The notes under the pieces: model-generated
What the model was told of the DNA's origin: nothing
What the model saw: only the letters and a program-made list of their open reading frames with translations
The model's database searches: none
Made by a program: the position numbers and the translations under genes
Part shown: positions 1 to 7,656 of the stretch, piece after piece
Numbering within the stretch: the first letter of the stretch is position 1
Layout: each line of letters opens with the position of its first letter
Source: Deltaproteobacteria bacterium
GTDB taxonomy: Bacteria > Myxococcota_A > UBA9160 > SMWR01
NCBI GenBank assembly: GCA_032128115.1
Contig: JAQBHB010000054.1
Span: forward strand, 1 to 64,000
DNA length: 64,000 bases
Direction of reading: 5' to 3'

Positions 1-78
1 CGACTGCCCGCGCTTCCATCGCTCCCAGAGTTCCCTCTTCTGCGAATCCGAGAGCCCCCGTCGTTTCATTCGTGCCAT
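1..78 (-). CDS. IS30-family transposase, N-terminal part (truncated by window edge)
   Basis: MARMKRRGLSDSQKRELWERWKRGQS matches the 'QK..LW.RW..G.S' HTH start of IS30 transposases; SD AGGAG lies 9 nt upstream. Confidence 0.75.
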   Translation of the reverse strand, partial: MARMKRRGLSDSQKRELWERWKRGQS

Positions 79-141
79 CTGCACCATCTCCTGGCCTACG
101 AGGTAAAACAGAAGATGTTGCGTCGACCCATTGAACCCACC
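1..141 (-). mobile_element. Left end of IS30-family insertion sequence (terminal inverted repeat ~116-141; element runs off window start)
   Basis: TGTTGCGTCGACCCATTGAACCCACC resembles IS30-family termini as I recall them. It is followed on the minus strand by AGGAG and a transposase-like N-terminus, and a greB-like frame breaks exactly at this boundary. Confidence 0.75.
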
Positions 142-143
142 CC

Positions 144-233
144 GGCCTCGAGGCGTTTGTCGAGAAACTCGACGCGCGTGTCGATCTCCCGCAGCCGCTG
201 CTTTCCGTACTGGTAGTTGGCGTTCTCGGAGCG
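144..233 (-). pseudogene. greB: greB/greA-like fragment
   Basis: RSENANYQYGKQRLREIDTRVEFLDKRLEA matches the GreB coiled-coil motif (DRSENADYxYGKKRLREIDRRxRFLxKRLE). There is no recognisable N-terminus and the frame is cut by the IS end. Confidence 0.75.
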
Positions 234-314
234 GGGGAGGGCGAGCGAGTCCGGGGAAGGCTGGCAATCGGCCTCGGGGCCGATTGCACGTCTGGTTACC
301 GCTGGCGCTTTTAT

Positions 315-389
315 TGGTGGAGCTGGGGGGATCGAACCCCCGACCCTCAGACTGCCAGCCTGATGCTCTCCCAGCTGAGCTACAGCCCC
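315..389 (-). tRNA. tRNA-Ala(GGC)
   Basis: GGGGCTG acceptor stem, anticodon loop CT-GGC-AG, TTCGA loop, encoded CCA. The C-run after the T loop is one base short. Confidence 0.93.
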
Positions 390-399
390 ACGGATTCGG

Positions 400-428
400 A
401 AGCTACCCGCGGGCTGGGGGGCTGTCAA
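400..428 (-). promoter_or_regulatory. Sigma-70-type promoter for tRNA-Ala
   Basis: TTGACA-N17-TAGCTT, ending 10 nt before the tRNA. Confidence 0.7.
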
Positions 429-500
429 AACGGCGAGGGTGATGGCCCTCGGGTCCCGGTGGGGCGTCCGGGCTGGAATTTGTATCCTCCACCGGCTCCG

Positions 501-587
501 GCCGGAGTGGCGAAACTGGTATACGCAGGGCCCTCAAAAGGCCCCGGCTTCACGGCTATGCGGGTTCGAATCCCGCCTCCGGCACCA
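501..587 (+). tRNA. tRNA-Leu(CAA)
   Basis: GCCGGAG acceptor stem, GGGCC-CTCAAAA-GGCCC anticodon arm, long variable arm, GGTTCGAATCC, CCA end. Confidence 0.96.
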
Positions 588-690
588 AGACCTGGCGAGG
601 GTTGAATTTTCGGGGCCCCCCGCCGTCGGACCGTTTGGAGATCCGGAAGCTCGCCACGAGAGGCGCGCCCCGAGAAAAGGAGACGCTCGA

Positions 691-1026
691 ATGTCCAAGA
701 TCGTTTGCCGTTTCGCACTGGTTGCTGCCGTGGCGCTCGCGCTGCCCCTCGCCGCGGCGAGCATCGCCTCCGCCCAGTATCGGGAGTTCAGCGGCAAGGT
801 CGACAAGATCACCAAGACCAAGCTGTTCGTCGACAATCGGATGGGAGACAAGGTCTCGTTCGAGAAGCTGGACGAAACCACGGTTGAGGGGGAGAGGGCC
901 ACCTGGGACGACATCAAGAAGGACGATTGGGTGACCGTCTCCTGGAAGATGATGGACAAGCCCCGCAAGGCCTACAAGATCGTCGTCCAGCCGCCGAAGG
1001 ATGAAGGCGGCGTCGACGAAGAGTAG
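691..1026 (+). CDS. Small secreted beta-rich (OB-fold/DUF5666-like) hypothetical protein
   Basis: SD AAGGAG; signal peptide ending ASA-Q; G-K-V-D-K...T-x-V-E-G...D-W-V-T-V-S-W pattern; Lys-rich with coding-like codon use. Confidence 0.75.
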   Translation: MSKIVCRFALVAAVALALPLAAASIASAQYREFSGKVDKITKTKLFVDNRMGDKVSFEKLDETTVEGERATWDDIKKDDWVTVSWKMMDKPRKAYKIVVQPPKDEGGVDEE

Positions 1027-1050
1027 GCGCGGTCCAGGCCAGCGCCTCAG

Positions 1051-1088
1051 GGCCCTCCGGTCTCCGGCCCGGGGGGCCTTTTCTTTTC
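1051..1088 (+). terminator. Rho-independent terminator
   Basis: GGCCCTCCGG...CCGGGGGGCC stem followed by TTTTCTTTT. Confidence 0.75.
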
Positions 1089-1136
1089 AGAACCGACAGG
1101 TTGGACGCCTGGGCCGACGCCCGATAGGTTCTCGGG

Positions 1137-2294
1137 ATGGCCGTGGTCGAGCCCCTGTTCAAGCCGGATCAGCACGCGCGCTACGCGCGCCACTTGAGCC
1201 TTCCCGAGTTCGGGGCCGAGGGGCAGCTGGCACTGCTGCGTGCCCGGGTGCTGTTGATCGGCGCGGGCGGCCTGGGCTGTCCGCTGGCCCAGTATCTGGG
1301 GGCCGCCGGAGTCGGAACCCTGGGGCTCCTGGATTTCGACCGGGTCGACGCTTCCAACCTGCAACGCCAGGTGCTCTACGGCACCGCCGATGTGGGACGA
1401 CTGAAGGTCGAGGTGGCGCGCGAGCGCATTCACGCCATGAATCCCGACGTCACGGTCGAGATCCATCCGGTGCAACTCACGTCGAAAAATGCCCTCGAGA
1501 TCCTCGAGGCGTACGACGTGGTGGTGGATGGAACCGACAACTTCCCCACCCGTTATCTCAGCAACGACGCCTGCGTGCTGCTCGGCAAGCCCAATGTCCA
1601 CGGCTCGATCTACCGCTTCGAAGGGCAGGCCACGGTTTTCGATGCGCGCCACGGTCCCTGCTACCGCTGTCTGTATCCGGAACCGCCGCCGCCGGGGAGC
1701 GTACCGTCGTGTGCGGAAGGGGGCGTGCTCGGCGTGCTCCCGGGCCTGATCGCGATGATCCAGGCCACCGAGACCGTCAAGATCGCCACGGGCATCGGCA
1801 CGCCTCTCTACGGGCGCCTGCTCCAATACGACGCGCTCGCCATGGAATTCACCGAGTACCGTCTGAAGAAGGATCCGGCTTGTCCGGTCTGCGGCGAAGA
1901 GCCCCGTGTGACCGAACTGATCGATTACGAGGGGTTCTGCGGGGTTCCTCGTCAGGAGGGGAGTGTGTCGATTCGCGAGATCACGGCCATCGAGACGCGA
2001 GAGCGCCAGGAGCGGGGCGAGGATTTTCTCCTCCTGGACGTGCGCGAGCCTGCCGAATACGAGACGGCCCGGCTGGAGGGATCGAAGCTGATCCCCCTGG
2101 GCCAGGTGGAGTCCCGGCTTGCGCAGCTGGCCGAGTGGAAGCAGCGCCCCATCGTGGTGCACTGCCATCACGGACCGCGCAGCACGCGGGCCTGCCAGAT
2201 CCTGCAGGCCGCCGGCTTCGAGGACGTGGCGAACCTGGCCGGTGGCATCGAGGCCTGGTCGCTCACGGTCGATCCGGACGTGCCGCGCTATTGA
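1137..2294 (+). CDS. moeB: Molybdopterin-synthase adenylyltransferase MoeB/MoeZ (ThiF + rhodanese)
   Basis: RYARHL, GAGGLG, SNLQRQ, DGTDNF, CYRC, PSCAEGGVLG; C-terminal rhodanese with DVRE..E and HCHHGPRS. Confidence 0.95.
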   Translation: MAVVEPLFKPDQHARYARHLSLPEFGAEGQLALLRARVLLIGAGGLGCPLAQYLGAAGVGTLGLLDFDRVDASNLQRQVLYGTADVGRLKVEVARERIHAMNPDVTVEIHPVQLTSKNALEILEAYDVVVDGTDNFPTRYLSNDACVLLGKPNVHGSIYRFEGQATVFDARHGPCYRCLYPEPPPPGSVPSCAEGGVLGVLPGLIAMIQATETVKIATGIGTPLYGRLLQYDALAMEFTEYRLKKDPACPVCGEEPRVTELIDYEGFCGVPRQEGSVSIREITAIETRERQERGEDFLLLDVREPAEYETARLEGSKLIPLGQVESRLAQLAEWKQRPIVVHCHHGPRSTRACQILQAAGFEDVANLAGGIEAWSLTVDPDVPRY

Positions 2295-2315
2295 ATCGGA
2301 GGCGGAGGGCAGACC

Positions 2316-2660
2316 ATGGCAAAATCGAAGATTCCCGGGCCGCTGGAGCGACGGCACCTGATCGAGCGGGAAATCAGCACGGCCCAGGCCCAGCGCATCG
2401 CCGACGCCTACCTGGAAGAGGGACGGGAGATCGAAGCCGTCGATTTCCTGAGAAAGGCGAAGGCGGAGGAGGCGCTGGACGGATTGCGCCGGCAGGCCCT
2501 CGCGCGGGGCGACGCGTTCCTGCTGCGGTCCGTGGCCGCGGCCCTGGGCCGCGAGCCCGATCGCGACGAGTGGCAGACGCTGGCCGAGGCGGCCACGTCC
2601 GCAGGTCGTGATCGCTATGCTACCGAGGCTCGGCGTCAGGCCGTGCGCGGAGAGGATTGA
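2316..2660 (+). CDS. Hypothetical alpha-helical protein
   Basis: GGAGG SD; follows moeB closely; helical composition. Confidence 0.7.
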   Translation: MAKSKIPGPLERRHLIEREISTAQAQRIADAYLEEGREIEAVDFLRKAKAEEALDGLRRQALARGDAFLLRSVAAALGREPDRDEWQTLAEAATSAGRDRYATEARRQAVRGED

Positions 2661-2664
2661 GTCG

Positions 2665-2841
2665 ATGGCACTTCGTTGTCTGGTGTTCCGGGGTCTGGTG
2701 AAGGAAGCGGAGGAGGATATCAACAAGTATCTCTCCAACCGCGAGGTGCGCGTGCTGCACATGGCCCAGAGCGAAACCGGCGATCACATCAGCGTGACGT
2801 TGATCGTCGATGAACCGGCGCCCCTGCACGACGCACTCTGA
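2665..2841 (+). CDS. Small hypothetical protein (58 aa)
   Basis: GAGGA SD before ATG at 2665; MALRCLVFRGLVKEAEEDINKYLS... has a beta-alpha-beta-beta pattern. Confidence 0.65.
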   Translation: MALRCLVFRGLVKEAEEDINKYLSNREVRVLHMAQSETGDHISVTLIVDEPAPLHDAL

Positions 2842-2872
2842 CGTCGCGCTCCGTTGGGGCGAATTCCTTCGA

Positions 2873-2903
2873 ATTGACTGATCTGTCAATCCACGACTAG
2901 AAT
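2873..2903 (+). promoter_or_regulatory. Sigma-70 promoter overlapped by palindromic operator
   Basis: TTGACT-N18-TAGAAT; dyad ATTGAC-TGATCT-GTCAAT at 2873-2890. Confidence 0.65.
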
Positions 2904-2911
2904 CGCCCGTC

Positions 2912-3253
2912 ATGGCAGCGGGCACACCGGCCTCGATCGCCGAGGCGGTCGAGTGGCTGCGAAAGCACTTCGATCCCGAGGCCGCAGGAGAGCTGCGGGC
3001 GGGTTTCCAGTTCCACCTCACCGGACCGGACGGCGGCGCATTCCACGCGAGCATCGACGCGGGACGTCTGGTCGCGGCCGAAGGCGAGTTGGGCGAGCCC
3101 GATGTGAGCTTCCGGCTCAGCGCCGCCGACTTGTTCGGGATCCTGGGCGGGCGTGAGAATGGCGAGATGCTGTTTCTCGCCGGTCGCATGCAGGTCGAGG
3201 GGAACCTCACGCTCGCGATGAAGCTGCGCCTGCTGTTTCCGGTGCCGCGCTGA
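2912..3253 (+). CDS. SCP2 sterol/lipid-binding domain protein
   Basis: FDPEAA, FQFHLTGPDGG, PDVSF, FLAGRMQVEGNL..AMKL. Confidence 0.9.
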   Translation: MAAGTPASIAEAVEWLRKHFDPEAAGELRAGFQFHLTGPDGGAFHASIDAGRLVAAEGELGEPDVSFRLSAADLFGILGGRENGEMLFLAGRMQVEGNLTLAMKLRLLFPVPR

Positions 3254-6021
3254 GCGATCCTCGGCGGGCGGCAGCCGCCACCGACCTCCTGATCCAGAAC
3301 GCCCGCTCCCACAATCTGGCGGGTGTGACGTGTCGGATCCCGCTGCGTTCCTTCACGGTGGTGACCGGCGTCTCGGGCTCGGGCAAATCGAGCCTGGCGT
3401 TCGACACCCTCTACGCCGAGGGTCAGCGCCGCTACGTCACCTCTCTGTCCACCTACGCCCGCCAGTTCCTGGAGCGTCTGCCCCGGCCCGAGGTGGACTT
3501 CATCTCGAATCTGCCACCGGCCATCGCCATCGAACGGCGCAACCGGGTCACCAGCGCGCGTTCCACCGTGGGCACGGCCACCGAGATCCTCGACTACCTG
3601 CGTCTGGTGTTCGCGAAGATCGGTGAGACGCGTTGCCCCGATTGCGATCTTCGCGTGGAGCCGGGCACGGTGGAGGCCGTGGGCGGGCGCATCCTCGCGC
3701 GCTGGAAGGGCGTGCGCATCTCCCTGGGGGCGCCCCTTGTGCGGCGCCGGGAGGAGAGCGCCGGAGCCCTGCGCGAGCGCCTGGCCGCCGATGGCTTCAC
3801 CCGCCTGATCGCGCCCGAAGGCGACGTGCGCGACCTGCTGGAGATGCCCGCGCGTGAGATCACGTCTCTGCGCGGGAACGGACTGTTGCTGATCGACCGC
3901 CTGGCGCTGCGGCCCGGCGAGGGGAGGGCGCGCCTGCACGAGGCGATCGCCAGCGCCTTCGCCCGGGGCGGGGGGCAGTGTGTGGTGGTGAGCGAGGCGG
4001 GTGAGCGGGCCGTCTTCGGCAACGGGTTCCGCTGCGACGGCTGTGCCCGCCGCTTTGGTCTGCCCGAGCCGGCGCTGTTCTCGTTCAACAGCCCCCTGGG
4101 TGCGTGTCCCGCGTGCCAGGGGTTCGGCCGCATCGCCGCCCTGGATCCCGAGCGCGTGATTCCGGAACCAGACCGGAGCCTGGAAGGCGGAGCCGTGGCC
4201 CCGTTCCGCACGCCCAGGGGGCAACGCTGGCAGCGCGTGCTGCTGCAGGCGTGTCGAGCGCGCGGGGTACCCACCGATCGCCCGGTGGCGGCCCTGACCC
4301 CGGCCATGCGCGAGTGGATCCTCACGGGAGATGGATCGAGATGGCGCGGGGTGCAGGGCTACTTCGATCGTCTGGAGCGCAAGCGCTATCGGGTCCAGAA
4401 TCGCGTCCTGATCGCGCGCTACCGGCGATTCGATCCATGTGGTGACTGCGGTGGCAGCCGCCTGCGCCCCGAGGCCCGTTGCGTGCGGGTGGCGGGGCGT
4501 GACCTGGGCGAGCTTTCGCGCCTGACGCTGGCGGAGCTGCTGGCCTGGCTCGACGATCTGGCGCTGACCCCCGGGGAGAAGGAGCGCGCAAGCCGCCTGC
4601 TCGCCGACGTGCGCACGCGCGTGGCCACGGTGGTCGACGTGGGGCTCGACTACGTGACCCTCGACCGTCCGGTGCGAACCCTCGCGGGAGGCGAAGCCCA
4701 ACGCATCCAGCTGTCATCGGCGTTGGGCGGCGCGCTGACGTCGTCCCTCTATGTGCTCGACGAGCCCTCGATTGGGCTGCACCCGCGGGATACGCAACGG
4801 CTGGTGGGCATCCTGAAGCACATCCGCGACCAGGGAAACACGGTGGTGGTGGTGGAGCATGCGCCCGAGGTCGTGGCCGCCGCCGATCACGTGATCGATC
4901 TGGGTCCGGCGGCAGGACGCGGGGGAGGCCGACTCGTGGTGGAGGGGTCCGTCGAGACCGTGCGCCAGCACCCGTCTTCGCTCACCGGGCGCGCCCTGCG
5001 CGGCGAGTACGACGTCGTGTCGCGGCGCCCGCGGCCCGCGCGGGGCCACCTGCGCATCGTGGGTGCCAGCGAGAACAACCTGCGCGACCTGACCGTGGAA
5101 ATTCCCCTGGGACAGCTGGTGGTGGCGACCGGCGTTTCCGGAGCTGGCAAGTCCACGCTGGTGCGAAGCGTGCTGGTGGGGCACCTGCTGCGCGAGCCCG
5201 ATCGCGGCGCGTGCCTGCGCATCGAGGGCGCCGAGGCTCTGGACGATGTGGTGGTGATGGACGCGGCGCCCCCGGTGCGCAGCCCGCGCTCCAACCCGGC
5301 AACCGTTTCGAAGGCCTTCGAAGCAATCCGGCAGCAGTTTGCGGCCGCACGCGAGGCCCGGGCTCGGGGCCTCGGGGCCGGCCACTTCTCCTTCAATGTG
5401 GCCGGTGGGCGTTGCGAGGGTTGTGAGGGGTCCGGCGAAGTGGTGGTGGACATGCACTTCCTGGACGACGTGCGCATGCCGTGCGAGATCTGCGAGGGGC
5501 GCCGCTACCGGCCGGAGGTGCTGGCGATTCGCGTGGGCGGATTGTCCATCGCCGACGTGCTCGAGCTGACGGTGGACGAGGCCCGGACCCGATTCGAAAG
5601 CGACCCGAAGATCGCTCGGCGGCTCGAGCCCCTGACGCGAGTCGGCCTCGGGTACATCACACTGGGGCAGCCGCTGTCGACCCTGTCCGGCGGCGAAACC
5701 CAACGCCTGCGCATCGCCCAGGCGCTGGTCGAGGGCGGCGCCGGCTGCCTGTTCGTGCTGGACGAGCCCACCACCGGGCTGCACCCCGCGGACATCCAGG
5801 TCCTGCTCGGGTGCCTCGACGAGCTGCTGGCCGCGGGTGGCAGCGTGATCGTCGTCGAGCACAATCTCGATGTGATCCGGCGCGCCGACTTTGTTGTCGA
5901 TCTGGGGCCCGAGGGCGGACCCGGGGGGGGACGTCTGGTCGCGGCCGGTCCCCCCGAGGTGATCGCCGCCTGCCAGCAATCGCATACGGGCGCCGCCCTG
6001 AGAGCCGCCGCTTCCGGCTAG
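3250..6021 (+). CDS. uvrA: Excinuclease ABC subunit A (UvrA paralog); probable CTG start at 3250
   Basis: ARSHNL, GVSGSGKSSLAFDTLYAEGQRRY, FSFNSPLGACPAC, LAGGE..LDEPSIGLH, second Walker A GVSGAGKST, LSGGE, LDEPTTGLH. The conserved N-terminal motif lies upstream of the GTG at 3325. Confidence 0.92.
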   Translation: MSDPRRAAAATDLLIQNARSHNLAGVTCRIPLRSFTVVTGVSGSGKSSLAFDTLYAEGQRRYVTSLSTYARQFLERLPRPEVDFISNLPPAIAIERRNRVTSARSTVGTATEILDYLRLVFAKIGETRCPDCDLRVEPGTVEAVGGRILARWKGVRISLGAPLVRRREESAGALRERLAADGFTRLIAPEGDVRDLLEMPAREITSLRGNGLLLIDRLALRPGEGRARLHEAIASAFARGGGQCVVVSEAGERAVFGNGFRCDGCARRFGLPEPALFSFNSPLGACPACQGFGRIAALDPERVIPEPDRSLEGGAVAPFRTPRGQRWQRVLLQACRARGVPTDRPVAALTPAMREWILTGDGSRWRGVQGYFDRLERKRYRVQNRVLIARYRRFDPCGDCGGSRLRPEARCVRVAGRDLGELSRLTLAELLAWLDDLALTPGEKERASRLLADVRTRVATVVDVGLDYVTLDRPVRTLAGGEAQRIQLSSALGGALTSSLYVLDEPSIGLHPRDTQRLVGILKHIRDQGNTVVVVEHAPEVVAAADHVIDLGPAAGRGGGRLVVEGSVETVRQHPSSLTGRALRGEYDVVSRRPRPARGHLRIVGASENNLRDLTVEIPLGQLVVATGVSGAGKSTLVRSVLVGHLLREPDRGACLRIEGAEALDDVVVMDAAPPVRSPRSNPATVSKAFEAIRQQFAAAREARARGLGAGHFSFNVAGGRCEGCEGSGEVVVDMHFLDDVRMPCEICEGRRYRPEVLAIRVGGLSIADVLELTVDEARTRFESDPKIARRLEPLTRVGLGYITLGQPLSTLSGGETQRLRIAQALVEGGAGCLFVLDEPTTGLHPADIQVLLGCLDELLAAGGSVIVVEHNLDVIRRADFVVDLGPEGGPGGGRLVAAGPPEVIAACQQSHTGAALRAAASG

Positions 6022-6097
6022 GCAGCCCCCATGGCCCTGCGCACGCGACCGTCGGCGAGCAGGGGGCTGCGTTCGCCCCGCCCGGGGACTACGGGGT

Positions 6098-6439
6098 CTA
6101 GCTCTTGCGTTTGGGCGGATCCTTCTGGGCGTCGCGACGCTGGGAGAAGATGCGCTTGTCGTGGGCGCGCCGGAGCTGGCGCTCCACCTTTTCCAGCACC
6201 TGATCCCCGGCCGGTGCCATCTCGCTGGCCGAGGCATGGGTCGCCACATCGGTGCTCTTTCCCGTCACGTGTCCATGCGCCGTGAACCCGGCGCCGTCTT
6301 CCGTGAAGGTGATCTCGAACCGGGCAGTCTCGTGGAACTCCTGCGCCAGGTGCTCACAGCGCGCCTGGAGCGTTTCTTGAAGCTTCTCGTCGGCGGGGAG
6401 ATCCTTGAAGTGAATCAGTACGATCGGCGTCTGCGGCAT
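6098..6439 (-). CDS. hpf: HPF/RaiA-family ribosome-associated protein (short form)
   Basis: I.F.DL..E.L..., beta strands, then A.D...EKVERQLRRAHDKR, typical of the S30AE fold. Confidence 0.75.
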   Translation of the reverse strand: MPQTPIVLIHFKDLPADEKLQETLQARCEHLAQEFHETARFEITFTEDGAGFTAHGHVTGKSTDVATHASASEMAPAGDQVLEKVERQLRRAHDKRIFSQRRDAQKDPPKRKS

Positions 6440-6486
6440 TGATTTCCCTGATGTTCCGGCGTTCTCGAAAAAACCGGTGCGGCGGT

Positions 6487-6585
6487 TGGCGGAAGCGGAC
6501 GGGAATCGAACCCGCCGGGGACGTGTTGCCACGCCCCCCATCGGATTTGAAGTCCGAGGCCCGCACCAGCGTGGCAATCGCTTCC
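6487..6585 (-). tRNA. selC: tRNA-Sec(TCA)
   Basis: 99 nt; GGAAGCG start, extended acceptor stem, anticodon loop CT-TCA-AA, very long variable arm, GGTTCGATTCC, ends GCCA. Confidence 0.95.
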
Positions 6586-6704
6586 GGGGGCGATTCTAAA
6601 CGATGGAGTCCGCGCCCGCATGGATCGCCGCCACTGGCGCACAACGCGACAAAAATGCCCGAGAAGAGGGTTGTTTCTGTCAACCCGGTGTACCCTTCCG
6701 GCCC

Positions 6705-7592
6705 GTGACGGCCTTCACCCTCGGCGCCGCGGCACGCATCTGCAAGATCTCGCCTGCGCGCCTGCGCTACTGGAACCGAACGTCCTTTTTTGGGCCGAGC
6801 GCGGTCGTGGCGGACGCGCGTCCCATCTATGGCTTTCGCGATCTGGTGACGGTCAAGAGGGTCCGATCGCTGCTGGATGGCGGTGTCCCGTTGCGCCGCA
6901 TCCGACGCAGCATGGAATCCCTGCGGGCGAGCGTTCCGGAGATCGAGCGGCCCCTGAGTGCCCTGCACGTATGGGCCAAAGGGTCCGAGCGCATGGTGGT
7001 GCGCTATGGAGGCAGGCTGCTGCAGCCCGACGGACAGACGGTGTTGGATTTCGGTGTCGAGGCGTCGGACGAGCAGCGGGTGGCGCCGCTCCCGGGACCG
7101 CGAGACCGGGGGCCCGACGTCCTTCGGTTCCAGGAGGCGCGCGAGTGGTTCGAGCGCGGCTGCAAGCTGGATACCGACAGGTCCACCTACGCGGACGCCA
7201 TCGAGGCCTACGAGCGGGCCCTGGAAGCCGACCCGGAGTTCGCCGACGCCCACTGCAATCTGGGCTCGGTCTACTTCAACCGGGATCGCCGGCGAGAGGC
7301 CACGGACTGCTTCGAGCGGGCTCTGGAGATCGATCCGGGTCACCCGGAGGCACACCTGAATCTTGCGACTCTTCTGGAGGAGGAGGACCGCAATCAGGCG
7401 GCTTTGCAGCACTATAAAGCGGCCCTGGTGACCGATCCGCTGAGCCCGGACACCCACGTGAGCCTGGCGCTGCTCTACGAGAAGCTCAGTCTGCGCCGGC
7501 GTGCTCGCGAGCACTGGCGCCGCTACCTGCAGCTGGATGCCTCGGGCACCTGGGCCGACCTGGCCCGGCGGCGCCTCTGCGACGATCTCTAG
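6705..7592 (+). CDS. MerR-type HTH + TPR repeat protein
   Basis: AARICKISPARLRYW...YGFRDL HTH; TPRs AIEAYERALEADPEFADAHCNLG and FERALEIDPGHPEAHLNLA. Confidence 0.85.
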   Translation: MTAFTLGAAARICKISPARLRYWNRTSFFGPSAVVADARPIYGFRDLVTVKRVRSLLDGGVPLRRIRRSMESLRASVPEIERPLSALHVWAKGSERMVVRYGGRLLQPDGQTVLDFGVEASDEQRVAPLPGPRDRGPDVLRFQEAREWFERGCKLDTDRSTYADAIEAYERALEADPEFADAHCNLGSVYFNRDRRREATDCFERALEIDPGHPEAHLNLATLLEEEDRNQAALQHYKAALVTDPLSPDTHVSLALLYEKLSLRRRAREHWRRYLQLDASGTWADLARRRLCDDL

Positions 7593-7656
7593 CCCCACCG
7601 ACTCTGTTCAGGACGAAGCGATGCGCTGAACCTGGAGGGACCTGGAGGTGAGGGCG

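Noticed and set aside
6487..6700. Genomic island integrated at selC or tRNA-Leu
   Set aside because: No integrase, no duplicated tRNA 3' end and no compositional shift next to either tRNA.
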